A DNA stretch of 64,000 bases from Chloroflexota bacterium (lineage in GTDB: Bacteria > Chloroflexota > Dormibacteria > CF-121): NCBI GenBank assembly GCA_005880615.1, contig VBID01000114.1:471-64470 (forward strand), read 5' to 3'. The translations under genes and the position numbers were made by a program. The notes under the pieces were generated by a model that saw only the letters and a list, made by a program, of their open reading frames with translations, was not told the DNA's origin and did no database searches. Positions 18,138 to 27,875 of the stretch are shown here, piece by piece. Each line of letters opens with the position of its first letter. The first letter of the stretch is position 1.

Positions 18138-18248
18138 CTCTATCTGACCGTCGATATCCAGCTTCGTGATCTAGCCGCCCCAGAGCAGCGACGTCACGGC
18201 CCTTCAGCGCGAAGCGTACGGCGGGATTTCCCTGCGCTGGCGCTACCG

Positions 18249-19226
18249 TTACCATTGCACGTCGCGGTCGACATAGCCTTGCTGGCGTCCGCGGCGATCG
18301 GCCCATCGAAAGACCAGAGACGCAACCACGACCGTCCCGATGGTGCTGGCCACCAGCCGGATCAGGACGTCGACGTCCGACAGCCCCGGGAACATCTGAT
18401 AGGCCTGGGCCTGCAGGAGCGAACGCCGCACCAACTCCATCCAGTAGGCGAGCGGCGACAGGGCCGCGATCGTCGCCAGCGGGCCCGGCAGGATCCCAAT
18501 CGGAAAGATGGCACCAGAGATGACGTAGAGGACACCGGCCCCGATCTCTCCATAGCCGTGTGTATCGCGTCCGGCCAGCAGCAGGAAGGTAAAGGCCATC
18601 CCGATGGCCACGATGGCGGCGAACGCGAGCAAACAGGCCACCCCGAGCAGCAGCCAGTTTGCGCGCAGCGGGTTGATCGGCAAATGCAGAGTGATGGTCC
18701 CCAGTCCGATCACGATGACCGCCGAGGCGGCTGCCCCCGCTAGCTGGGCAATGGCCCGGCCCACCAGGTACACGCCGAACGGCAGCGGTGCGATGTAGAT
18801 GTACTTGAGCATCCGGTACTGGCCGCGGTCGTCCAGGATGGCGTTGGCGAACCCCGACAGCCCCTGCTGCACGAATGACCAGAAGGCGGTGCCGGTGATC
18901 AAGAAGGCCAGGTAGGTGGACGCCCGACCACGGGTGATCACCTGGTAGATGACCGTCAGGATCAGGGCGGCCGAAATGGGCCGCAGGACGGAGTAGACAA
19001 GGAACACGCCGGGTGATGTCCAGTTGCTCGACACCTGCCAGCCCAGGCGAGCCGAGGCACCCAGACCACGCCAGGTCTGAATGCCGGCCGTTGTTAGCCC
19101 GAATCCACCGAATCGAACTTGCATATTGGGCGCGGGGCGAGCGAGCGGGGCGTCGTCTTCTGCGCGCGTTCGGTTACGCACCAACGGGTGCGCGCCCTCG
19201 CGTGCTCGTCGTCTCCTTCCGCTCAT
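18249..19226 (-). CDS. ABC-2 type permease; native start separated by a MITE
   Basis: Six-TM ABC-2 pattern (SGAIFPIGILP, SPLAYWMELVR); in-frame ATGs at 19238, 19226 and 19124 lie inside the MITE. Confidence 0.85.
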   Translation of the reverse strand: MSGRRRRAREGAHPLVRNRTRAEDDAPLARPAPNMQVRFGGFGLTTAGIQTWRGLGASARLGWQVSSNWTSPGVFLVYSVLRPISAALILTVIYQVITRGRASTYLAFLITGTAFWSFVQQGLSGFANAILDDRGQYRMLKYIYIAPLPFGVYLVGRAIAQLAGAAASAVIVIGLGTITLHLPINPLRANWLLLGVACLLAFAAIVAIGMAFTFLLLAGRDTHGYGEIGAGVLYVISGAIFPIGILPGPLATIAALSPLAYWMELVRRSLLQAQAYQMFPGLSDVDVLIRLVASTIGTVVVASLVFRWADRRGRQQGYVDRDVQW

Positions 19227-19275
19227 CTCGCCGCGCATCCCAATCTGCGTCGTCCGATCGGTGGATCCGGGCTTA
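19094..19275 (+). mobile_element. MITE copy 3 (most diverged), flanked by TTA/TTA
   Basis: TTAGCCCGAATCCACCGAATCG ... CGATCGGTGGATCCGGGCTTA; 179-bp net insertion. Confidence 0.88.
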
Positions 19276-20091
19276 AACCCATCGCATGCTCAGCCGAGCG
19301 TCCCGCCGCGCCAGCCGTTCCATCATTCGCAGCGCCCACTGCGCGCTCAGGAGATAGGCCGGAATCTGGAGGGCAATCAAGCCAGCTTCCCAGGCCGGCG
19401 CGAGGAAAACCGGGGTGCCCGGAAGGAGGACCTGGCGGATCGCGTCCAGCCCCAGCGTCAGCGGGATGATGGAGGCTGCCCCGGCCACGTAGGCGCCCAG
19501 CGAGTGGACCGGAAAATAGAAGCCGCTCAGAAAATACACCGGCTCCTGCATGCCGTCGAGGGCATGCCAGGCGGAACGGCCGAAAAAGAGGAAGAGGCTG
19601 GCCAGCAGCATACCCAGGGCATAGAGGGCCAGGAGGGTCAGCGCCAGGAGGCCCACGGCCGGCGCGATTCCCGCGGGGCGGTAGTGGACCTGGAAGAGCA
19701 GCGAGGTCACCAGCAGCACGGCCGCCGCCCGCTGCGCCGTGTAGAAGATGCCGCCCAGGGCCATCCCGAGCAGGATGGCGGTGAACGTGGTCGGCGCCAC
19801 GGTGAACAGCTCGAGGTTCGATCCGCCGCGCTCCCAGATGAAGTTGCCGGCCATGTCAAACACGATGTTTTGCCAGAACGCCAGCAGCGTGCCGCCCAGG
19901 ACAACGAACCCGGTGTACTCGGCCGGCGCTCGCAGGGCTCGATAGACGTACACCATAGCGACCGTCCCGATCAGGGGCAGCACGATCTCAATCACGACCC
20001 AGCTCCAGTTCCGGGCGTGCCCGACGGTTCGCGGATAGGCGCGCGCGATCACGGTCTTGACGAAGATCCGGAGTGCCGAGGGACGGCTCAC
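19273..20091 (-). CDS. ABC-2 type permease
   Basis: GTLLAFWQ, GSNLELFTVAP, YFLSGFYFP, IPLTLGLDAIRQ. Confidence 0.88.
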   Translation of the reverse strand: MSRPSALRIFVKTVIARAYPRTVGHARNWSWVVIEIVLPLIGTVAMVYVYRALRAPAEYTGFVVLGGTLLAFWQNIVFDMAGNFIWERGGSNLELFTVAPTTFTAILLGMALGGIFYTAQRAAAVLLVTSLLFQVHYRPAGIAPAVGLLALTLLALYALGMLLASLFLFFGRSAWHALDGMQEPVYFLSGFYFPVHSLGAYVAGAASIIPLTLGLDAIRQVLLPGTPVFLAPAWEAGLIALQIPAYLLSAQWALRMMERLARRDARLSMRWV

Positions 20092-21101
20092 GGCGCTTCC
20101 TCCTCGGCCATGCCGCGCCCCACCAACTTGACGAAGGCGTCCTCCAGGCTCGGGTCGCGTTTCTGCAAGCCCAGCACCTCCCGACCGGAGCCGGCGACGA
20201 TGCCCAGCACCGACGTGAGCACGCCGTCGTCTGCCAGCAACAGGCTGAAGCGGTCCGCCCCGTCCTGCTGGGTGACCGTCGCCGCCGTGACGCCGTCCAC
20301 TCGCCGCAGCTCGGTCAGCAGGTCGCGGCCAAGGGTCAGCTGCAGGTCGACGATGACGTCCTGCTGGACCTGCTGCTTGAGGCTGGGGGGCGTTCCCTGC
20401 GCCACGATCCGGCCGTGGTTGACGATGGCGAGGCGGTCACACAGCTCGTCCGCCTCGTTCATGTAGTGGGTGGTCAGGATGACGGTGCGGGTCGGATCCT
20501 CCTGGACCCAGCGCCGCACTTCCCGGCGCACGTCCCGGGCCGCCCCCACGTCGAGCGCCACGGTCGGCTCGTCCAGGAACAGGATTCGCGGATCCGTCAC
20601 CAGGCCCCGGATGAGGTTCATCTTCTGCCGCATCCCGCTGGACAGGGCGCTGACGTAGCGGTCGGCCGCCTCGGTCAACCCTAGCCGCTCCATCAGCTCA
20701 TCGATCCGGGCCCGCGCGACCCGGCTGGAGAGGCCGTAGAACTGGCTGAACATCCAGATGTGTTCGCGGGTCTTCATCAGGCCGTAGCCGGAGTTCTCGC
20801 CGCCAGATACCATCGCAATCCGATGCCGCAGCTCCTGGAAATCGCGCGCCACATCGAGGTCGTCCACGAACGCCTGGCCGGAAGTTGGGAGGAGGAGCGT
20901 CACCAGGATCTTGATCAGCGTGGTCTTGCCAGCGCCGTTGGGGCCGAGCACGCCGAAAATCTCCCCGCGCGCGACCGAGAGGTCGATCCCGTCCAGGGCT
21001 ACGACGGACTCCCGACGCGACTGGTAGACGCGCCGGAGCGCGATGGTCTGAACCGCTGCCGATTGAATGAGGTCAGGCATCGAGATCGCCGATGCTACCA
21101 T
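20088..21101 (-). CDS. ABC transporter ATP-binding protein
   Basis: GPNGAGKT, LSSGMRQK, FLDEPT, TTHYM. Confidence 0.95.
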   Translation of the reverse strand: MVASAISMPDLIQSAAVQTIALRRVYQSRRESVVALDGIDLSVARGEIFGVLGPNGAGKTTLIKILVTLLLPTSGQAFVDDLDVARDFQELRHRIAMVSGGENSGYGLMKTREHIWMFSQFYGLSSRVARARIDELMERLGLTEAADRYVSALSSGMRQKMNLIRGLVTDPRILFLDEPTVALDVGAARDVRREVRRWVQEDPTRTVILTTHYMNEADELCDRLAIVNHGRIVAQGTPPSLKQQVQQDVIVDLQLTLGRDLLTELRRVDGVTAATVTQQDGADRFSLLLADDGVLTSVLGIVAGSGREVLGLQKRDPSLEDAFVKLVGRGMAEEEAP

Positions 21102-21117
21102 GGCCTAGACCTTCTTT

Positions 21118-23688
21118 ATGGATACACGGAACAATCTCACCCGCGACGAGGCGCGCACCCGAGCGGGACTCTTTACCGACATTCACTACGAGGTCAGCCT
21201 CGACCTGACTCGTGGGGACGAGACCTTCGGCGTCGACACCACGATCCGGTTTCGATGCGCTTCCGCCGGCGTGACCAGCTTCGTGGACTGCCTAGCCGCC
21301 TCCGTCGATCGGATCGAGGTCAACGGCCGGCCACAGCCAGCCAGCACATTCGACGGAGCTCGGATCGCGCTTTTGGACCTGGCGGAGAGCAACGTGGTCA
21401 GGGTGGTGGGCAGCGGGGCCTACCAGCACACCGGTGCCGGCCTGTCCCAGTTCAAAGACCCGGTGGACGGCCGGGTTTACCTGCACACCCAGTTCGAGCC
21501 GTTCGATGCCCACCGCCTCTTCCCCTGCTTCGACCAGCCCGACCTGAAGGGCACCTTTCGATTCGGCGTGAAGGCCCCGGCGGGCTGGGAGGTCGTTTCC
21601 AACAGCCCGGCGGACCCGCCCGGGGGCGCCGCCACGGATGGCGCCGCCGGCGCCCGCCTCTGGACATTCCAGACCACGCCCCGGCTCTCCAGCTACGTGA
21701 CGGCCATCGTCGCCGGACCCTTTCACGTGGTGCGGGAGCGCCACGGCCAGATCGACCTGGGGCTCTACTGCCGCCAGTCGCTGGCCCAGTACCTCGATGC
21801 GGCGGAGATTTTCGAGATCACCCGCCAGGGCTTCGACTTCTATCAGCGGGTGTTCGATTACCCGTACGCCTTCGGCAAGTACGACCAGCTCTTCGTGCCG
21901 GAGTTCAGCGCCGGGGCCATGGAGAATGCCGGCTGTGTGACGTTTGCGGAGGGGATGATCTACCGCTCCAAGGTGACGGAATCCGCTCGCGAGTGGCGCG
22001 CCAGCACCATCCTGCACGAGATGGCGCACATGTGGTTCGGCGACCTGGTGACCATGCGCTGGTGGGACGACCTCTGGTTGAACGAGAGCTTCGCGACGTT
22101 CATGGCCGTGCTGGCCCTCACCCGGGCCACCCGCTTCACCAATGCCTGGACAACCTTCGCCAATGAAGAGAAGGGGTCGGCCCGCCGGCAGGATCAGCTG
22201 CCGACCACCCATCCGATCGCGGCCAATGTGGTCGACGTAGAATCCACGCACCTCAACTTTGACGCGATTACCTATGAGAAGGGCGCCTCGGTGCTACGCC
22301 AGCTCTTCGCCTGGGTGGGCGAGGACGCCTTCTTCCAGGGGCTGCGCCGATACTTCCGTCAGCACGAATTCGCCAACGCCGATTTGCAGGAATTCCTGGC
22401 CGCCGTCGGCGCCGGCAGCGGCCGCGACCTGCATGCCTGGTCGAAGGAATGGCTCGAGACCGCCGGGCTCAACACGCTGCGCCCGCTCCTGGAGCACGAT
22501 GGGAACCGGCTGGTCGAACTGACCGTCGAGCAGGAGGCCGAGCTGGGGTGGCCGACGCTGCGATCCCAGCGCATCGGGGTCGGACTCTTCGACCTGGATG
22601 AGGAGCGGCTGACGCGGCGCCGCCGGGTGGAGTTCGACGTGACCGGCGCGTCGAGCGATGTCCCGGCCGTCGCCGGCGAGCTGGTCCCGGATCTGCTCTT
22701 GCTGAACGACGGGGATCTGGGCTACGCCAAGATCCGCCTGGACGACCAATCGATGGACACGGTGACCCGCCACCTGGCATCCCTCGACGACTCGCTGGCG
22801 CGGGCGCTGTGCTGGAGCGCCGCCTGGGACATGGTGCGGGACGCCCGGCTGGCTGCCCGGCAATATCTGCCCCTGGTGGCCAACAACGTTCACGGCGAGA
22901 CCGACATCGGCGTGGTCCAGGCGCTCCTGGCGCAATGCGAGTCGGCCACGGACATCTACGGCGACCCGGCCAACGTGCCGCAGGCTCGCGAGCTGATCGT
23001 GCGGCTGGCCGAGCGCTCGCTGGAGAAGGCGGAGCCGGGGAGTGACCTGCAGCTGGTCTGGGCCCGTACGCTGATCTCGGCCTCGCGCACCCCCGCCCAG
23101 CACGCGCTGGTGCGCGGCATCCTGGATGGCTCGATCCCGTACGAGGGGCTGCAGGTCGACATCGATCTCCGCTGGCACATCGTGCGCTCGCTCGCCAGCG
23201 AAGGCGTGATTGGACCTGCCGAAATCAAAGCGGAGCTGGAGCGCGATCCCACCGACGCCGGCCGTCGCCATGCCGCGGGCGCCCTGGCCGCCAGACCGAC
23301 CGCCGAGGCCAAGGCCGAGGCCTGGCGGTTGATCGTCGAGGATCCGACCCAACCGCTGGCCACCCTGCGGGCCATCATGCGCGGCTTTCAGCAGCCCACC
23401 CAGCGGCCCCTGCTGGAGCCATACGCCGACCGATACTTCGAGACCCTGGGGCCGTTCTGGAAGAGCCGGATTATCGAGGTGGCCCTCGCCTTTGCCCGCG
23501 GGATGTATCCGTCGCTCGTTATCGGGGAGCGCGTGGTCAGTCAGACGGAAACCTACCTGCGAACCCAAGCCCCGCCTGGTCCCGTGCAGCGGATTCTGCT
23601 GGAGGGCCAGGACCAGATGCGCCGGGCCATCCGGGCCCGGCGCGTGGACGCGGGAGCCCCCGCCACCCCCGTCGAACTCCGGATATAA
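21118..23688 (+). CDS. pepN: Aminopeptidase N (M1 family)
   Basis: GAMEN, HEMAH-x18-E, ITYEKG. Confidence 0.95.
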   Translation: MDTRNNLTRDEARTRAGLFTDIHYEVSLDLTRGDETFGVDTTIRFRCASAGVTSFVDCLAASVDRIEVNGRPQPASTFDGARIALLDLAESNVVRVVGSGAYQHTGAGLSQFKDPVDGRVYLHTQFEPFDAHRLFPCFDQPDLKGTFRFGVKAPAGWEVVSNSPADPPGGAATDGAAGARLWTFQTTPRLSSYVTAIVAGPFHVVRERHGQIDLGLYCRQSLAQYLDAAEIFEITRQGFDFYQRVFDYPYAFGKYDQLFVPEFSAGAMENAGCVTFAEGMIYRSKVTESAREWRASTILHEMAHMWFGDLVTMRWWDDLWLNESFATFMAVLALTRATRFTNAWTTFANEEKGSARRQDQLPTTHPIAANVVDVESTHLNFDAITYEKGASVLRQLFAWVGEDAFFQGLRRYFRQHEFANADLQEFLAAVGAGSGRDLHAWSKEWLETAGLNTLRPLLEHDGNRLVELTVEQEAELGWPTLRSQRIGVGLFDLDEERLTRRRRVEFDVTGASSDVPAVAGELVPDLLLLNDGDLGYAKIRLDDQSMDTVTRHLASLDDSLARALCWSAAWDMVRDARLAARQYLPLVANNVHGETDIGVVQALLAQCESATDIYGDPANVPQARELIVRLAERSLEKAEPGSDLQLVWARTLISASRTPAQHALVRGILDGSIPYEGLQVDIDLRWHIVRSLASEGVIGPAEIKAELERDPTDAGRRHAAGALAARPTAEAKAEAWRLIVEDPTQPLATLRAIMRGFQQPTQRPLLEPYADRYFETLGPFWKSRIIEVALAFARGMYPSLVIGERVVSQTETYLRTQAPPGPVQRILLEGQDQMRRAIRARRVDAGAPATPVELRI

Positions 23689-23700
23689 TTCGTCGAGCTT

Positions 23701-23877
23701 ATGGCCCTTCCCAAGACCCGCTATTCCCGTGCCCGTCAGGGTGAGCGACGCGCCCACCTGGCAATCAAGCTGCCCCGCCTGGTGGAGTGTTCGCAGTGCC
23801 ACCAGCTGCGCCGGCCGCATACCATCTGCCAGAACTGCGGCTACTACGACGGCCGCGAGGTCATCAAGACCGAATAG
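23701..23877 (+). CDS. rpmF: 50S ribosomal protein L32 (58 aa, absent from the ORF track)
   Basis: MALPKTRYSRARQGERRAH, CSQC, HTICQNCGYYDGR. Confidence 0.96.
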   Translation: MALPKTRYSRARQGERRAHLAIKLPRLVECSQCHQLRRPHTICQNCGYYDGREVIKTE

Positions 23878-23934
23878 TCCCCAAGCGCCATTCCCAGCGG
23901 TGCCGGTAAGAAGTCTTCACAATAGCCGCGGGAT

Positions 23935-24864
23935 ATGACGATGGATGGCACCGCCTTTCTGTTCCCGGGTCAAGGCGCGCAATTCGTCGGCATGGCGCGC
24001 GACCTGATCGGGCAGGATGAGCGGACCAGGCGCTTCCTGAGCGCGGCCGAGGGCCGGCTCCAGATGCCGCTCGGCGAGCTGATGCTGCAGGGGCCAGAGG
24101 CGGCGCTGCAGGCCACCGAGAACGCCCAGCCCGCCATCGTCTTCCACAGCCTGGCGCTGCTCGGCCACCTCGACGATCGCGGTCTGGCCCCGGCGGCCGT
24201 CGCCGGACACAGCCTGGGAGAGCTGGCTGGCCTGGTGGCGGCGGGCGGTCTCAGCCCGCTCGATGCGCTGGCGGCAGCCCAGGTGCGCGGGCGCACCATG
24301 GCAGCGGCGGCGTCGGCCCAAACCGGGATGGCCGCCGTCCTCGGCCTGGACGATGGGACCGTGGAGCGGCTCTGTGCCGAGAGTGGGGGAGCGGTGGTCG
24401 CAGCCAACTACAACGCCCCCGGGCAGGTGGTCATCTCGGGCACCGACGCCGGGATCCGTGCCATCGAGCCCCTCCTGCTGGCGGCGGGAGCCAGGCGGGT
24501 CGTCCGCCTGCCGGTCAGTGCGGCATTCCACTCCCCCCTGATGGCCTCCGCGGCGGAAGCCTTCGGCCAGGCGTGGCAGCAGATCCCGCTGGAGCCGCTG
24601 GCGGTGCCGCAGGTGTTCAATACCGACGCGCGGGTCCATGCCAGTCCAGCCGAGGTTCGCCCCCTGTTGGCCCGCCAGCTGACCGGGCCGGTCCGCTGGA
24701 CGGCCAGCATCGAACGGCTGGCGGCGCTGGGCGTCCGCACCTTCGTGGAGATCGGCCCCAAGCGCACCCTCACCGGCCTGGTGCAAAAGATTCTGCCCAA
24801 GGCCGCCGTCGCCAACGTCGAAGATCTGCCCAGCCTGCGGGCGTTCGTGACGGCGCATGCCTGA
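23935..24864 (+). CDS. fabD: Malonyl-CoA:ACP transacylase
   Basis: FPGQGAQ, GHSLGE, SAAFHS. Confidence 0.95.
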   Translation: MTMDGTAFLFPGQGAQFVGMARDLIGQDERTRRFLSAAEGRLQMPLGELMLQGPEAALQATENAQPAIVFHSLALLGHLDDRGLAPAAVAGHSLGELAGLVAAGGLSPLDALAAAQVRGRTMAAAASAQTGMAAVLGLDDGTVERLCAESGGAVVAANYNAPGQVVISGTDAGIRAIEPLLLAAGARRVVRLPVSAAFHSPLMASAAEAFGQAWQQIPLEPLAVPQVFNTDARVHASPAEVRPLLARQLTGPVRWTASIERLAALGVRTFVEIGPKRTLTGLVQKILPKAAVANVEDLPSLRAFVTAHA

Positions 24865-25609
24865 CCGCGCGCTACAGGGACAGGTCGCCCTGGTCACCGG
24901 AGGCAGTCGCGGGATCGGGCGGGCGGTGGCGCTGGGCCTCGCCCAGGCCGGGGCCAACGTCGCTATCAGCTATCGGGTGAAGCAGGCGGAGGCCGAGGCG
25001 GTGGTGGAGGAGCTGCGGCAACACGGGGTTGAGTCGGTGGCGCTGCAGGCCGACCTGGCCGAGGTGGCGGCGCCGGCCACGCTGATCGGCGCCGTCCTGG
25101 CCCGCTGGGGCCGGCTGGATGTGTTGGTCAACAACGCCGGCATCACCCGGGACACGCTGGTGATGCGGATGAGCGAGGCCGATTGGGACCTGGTCATCCA
25201 CACCAACCTGCGGGGGCCGTTCCTGGTCAGTAAGGCGGCCCTGCGGCCGATGCTGAAGCAGCGCTACGGGCGGATCGTAAACATGTCCTCGCTGGCTGGG
25301 GTCGCCGGCAATGCCGGGCAGGCCAACTACAGTGCGGCCAAGGCCGGCCTGATTGGCTTTACCAAGTCGCTGGCCAAAGAGGTCGGCTCCCGCAACATCA
25401 CGGTGAATGCGGTCGCCCCCGGGTTCATCGAGACCGACCTGACCCGCGACCTCCCGGCGGAGTTGCTGGACCGCGCCCGCGCGGCGGCGGCCATCCCCCG
25501 CCTGGGGACACCAGATGAGGTCGCTGCCGCGGTGGTCTTCCTGGCGTCCCCGGCGGCGGCCTACGTCACCGGGCAGGTGCTGGGCGTGGACGGGGGGCTA
25601 CCAATCTAA
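24857..25609 (+). CDS. fabG: 3-oxoacyl-ACP reductase
   Basis: TGGSRGIG, NNAGITRD, YSAAK. Confidence 0.95.
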   Translation: MPDRALQGQVALVTGGSRGIGRAVALGLAQAGANVAISYRVKQAEAEAVVEELRQHGVESVALQADLAEVAAPATLIGAVLARWGRLDVLVNNAGITRDTLVMRMSEADWDLVIHTNLRGPFLVSKAALRPMLKQRYGRIVNMSSLAGVAGNAGQANYSAAKAGLIGFTKSLAKEVGSRNITVNAVAPGFIETDLTRDLPAELLDRARAAAAIPRLGTPDEVAAAVVFLASPAAAYVTGQVLGVDGGLPI

Positions 25610-25785
25610 GCCCGAATCCACCGAATCGAACTCGCATTGTGGGCGCGGAGCGGCCGATCCGGGCGTTGGCTCCTGCGCGGTCGGTCACGCATCGACGGAT
25701 GCGCTCCCTCCCGTCCCCGTCGCCGCCTTCGGCTCGGCACGCCCCGCATCCCAATCGGCGTCGTTCGACCGATAGATCCAGGCTT
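25607..25785 (+). mobile_element. MITE copy 4
   Basis: Begins at the fabG stop, TAAGCCCGAATCCACCGAATCG, and ends GATAGATCCAGGCTT. Confidence 0.85.
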
Positions 25786-25849
25786 GGCCCTAGCCGCCAC
25801 CGGGCTCGCCCATTACAATGTGGGCGCCACTCTTAAACTGGGAGTCGGG

Positions 25850-26092
25850 ATGGACGCATACGAAAAGTTTCGCGGCATTATCGTGCAGCAGCTCGGGGTC
25901 GAGCCTGCAGAGGTGACTCCCGACGCATCGTTTGTGGACGACCTGAACGCTGACTCGCTCGACCTGGTCGAGCTGGTGATGGCGTTCGAGGAAGAATACG
26001 GAATGGAGATTTCTGACGAGGACGCAGAGAAGATTCAAACCGTCGGGCAAGCCTGGGACTACGTCCAGGAAAAGTCCGGCATCGCCAGCTAA
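25850..26092 (+). CDS. acpP: Acyl carrier protein
   Basis: [20 protein letters not shown]; GGAG SD. Confidence 0.96.
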   Translation: MDAYEKFRGIIVQQLGVEPAEVTPDASFVDDLNADSLDLVELVMAFEEEYGMEISDEDAEKIQTVGQAWDYVQEKSGIAS

Positions 26093-26135
26093 GCCTGCTG
26101 CCGCCGAGGAGCCACTCCAGAAGCTCCAGCGTGCG

Positions 26136-26846
26136 TTGCGGATCCGGTTCCACGACCAGGCTCTGCTGCGCCAGTCCCTGACGCACCGGTCGTACAACAA
26201 TGAGCATCCCGAAGCCGGGCTGCAGGACAATGAGCGGCTGGAGTACCTGGGCGACGCGGTGCTGGAGCTGATCGCCGCCGAGCATCTCTTCCACACGTAC
26301 CAGACGTCTGACGAGGGGGAACTGACCCGGCTGCGGGCCTCGGTGGTGAACACCAAGAGCCTCGCCCGCCTGGCTTCCCGGTTCAGCCTGGGCGACTACC
26401 TGCTGCTGGGCAAGGGCGCCCACAAGACCGGGGCTCGATCGCTGCAGTCCATCCTGGCCAACACTTTCGAGGCCGTGATCGGGGCCATCTTCCTGGACCA
26501 GGGCTACCGCGCCGCCTACCGCCTCTTTAGCCGCAGCCTCATCGATGTCCAGGCCTGGCCGGACGACAACTATAAGGGCCGCCTCCAGGAGGTAACCCAG
26601 GAGCGTTTCCTGGCCACCCCCCAGTACGAAATCGTGGCCACGTCCGGGCCGGGCCACCGGCGCGACTATGTCTCGGAGGTCATCTTCAAGGGCCAGGTGC
26701 ACGGCACGGGGCGGGGCAAGACCAAGCGGGCAGCAGAGCAGCTGGCGGCCCGCGAGGCGCTGGAATCCCTGGGCGAGTTGCAGCAGCCGGCCCGCACCGC
26801 CGACGACCAGGTGCTGGAGGCCGTCGCCGCCCGCGAACGCGGGTAG
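26136..26846 (+). CDS. rnc: Ribonuclease III
   Basis: LTHRS, NERLEYLGDAVL, ANTFEAVIGA, dsRBD; start may lie upstream. Confidence 0.95.
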   Translation: MRIRFHDQALLRQSLTHRSYNNEHPEAGLQDNERLEYLGDAVLELIAAEHLFHTYQTSDEGELTRLRASVVNTKSLARLASRFSLGDYLLLGKGAHKTGARSLQSILANTFEAVIGAIFLDQGYRAAYRLFSRSLIDVQAWPDDNYKGRLQEVTQERFLATPQYEIVATSGPGHRRDYVSEVIFKGQVHGTGRGKTKRAAEQLAAREALESLGELQQPARTADDQVLEAVAARERG

Positions 26847-26908
26847 GTAAATCCCTACATCCGGCCTGCTGGTTCCGAATGCGCCGCGCCGGTATCATCA
26901 GGCGCCAC

Positions 26909-27763
26909 ATGCGGTCGCCCTTAGCCTGGCTTATTGCCGGGCTGATCCTGACCGGCTGTCAGTCGGCTTCGCCGCCTGCGGTACCGGCCACCCCCGCGCC
27001 GGTCGCGGAGGTGGTGGCGCCAACCGTCCTGCCGTCGCCCGCGCCGGCAGTCCACGTCGACGCGGTGGCGACCTTCGCCGCCCACCTGGTGGCCCTCGAG
27101 TCCAGGCTGCGCTCACCGCGGACGCCGTTTGTGCAGTTCGGCGCACTGGGGCAGAACCAGCAGGATGCGTACTACCAGCTGATGGCGCATCCGGACTGGC
27201 TGTCGCGCGTCCTGCAAGCCGCCCCGCCCGATTTGCGCCCGGTCATCCAGGCCAATGTCAACGCGGAGCTGGAGCTGCGCGAGCTCAATGGGACGGCCTC
27301 GACCCTGCCCCACTGGCGCATCGACAAGCCCGAGTCGCCGCCCGACCTGCTGGCCCATTACCGGGAGGCCGAGCGCGCCTACGGGATTCCGTGGTCGTAC
27401 TTCGCCGCCATCAACTTCGTGGAGAGCCGGATGGGTCGCATTCACGGGCTCAGTTCCGCCGGCGCCGTTGGACCCATGCAGTTCTTGCCCAGCACCTGGG
27501 CGTACTACGGGCAGGGCGATATCTACAACCCGCGCGACGCGATCCTGGCGGCAGGCCGCTACCTGCGGGCCCATGGGGCGCCCGGCGACATGGGCCGGGC
27601 CCTCTATGCCTACAATCCCAGCGACCGGTATGTCCGGATCATCTCCATCTACGCCAACCTGATGCAGGCCGACGACCGCGTGTTTCTCGGCTACTATGCC
27701 TGGCAGGTCTACGTCTACACGCCCAAGGGCGACGTCTTGCTGCCGGAAGGCACGACGACATAA
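26909..27763 (+). CDS. Lipoprotein lytic transglycosylase (SLT/MltB-like)
   Basis: Lipobox LTG-C; AINFVES, GAVGPMQFLPSTW, AYNPS; TATCAT 10 nt before the ATG. Confidence 0.85.
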   Translation: MRSPLAWLIAGLILTGCQSASPPAVPATPAPVAEVVAPTVLPSPAPAVHVDAVATFAAHLVALESRLRSPRTPFVQFGALGQNQQDAYYQLMAHPDWLSRVLQAAPPDLRPVIQANVNAELELRELNGTASTLPHWRIDKPESPPDLLAHYREAERAYGIPWSYFAAINFVESRMGRIHGLSSAGAVGPMQFLPSTWAYYGQGDIYNPRDAILAAGRYLRAHGAPGDMGRALYAYNPSDRYVRIISIYANLMQADDRVFLGYYAWQVYVYTPKGDVLLPEGTTT

Positions 27764-27875
27764 CGTACCCCGCTCGCTGGAACGGCCGGCTATGGAATAA
27801 TGCAGCCGTGACCCGCGCCGCGGTCCACACCTACGTCACAGTTGGCGCGAAGGTCCAGCTATTGCTGGGCATTCC

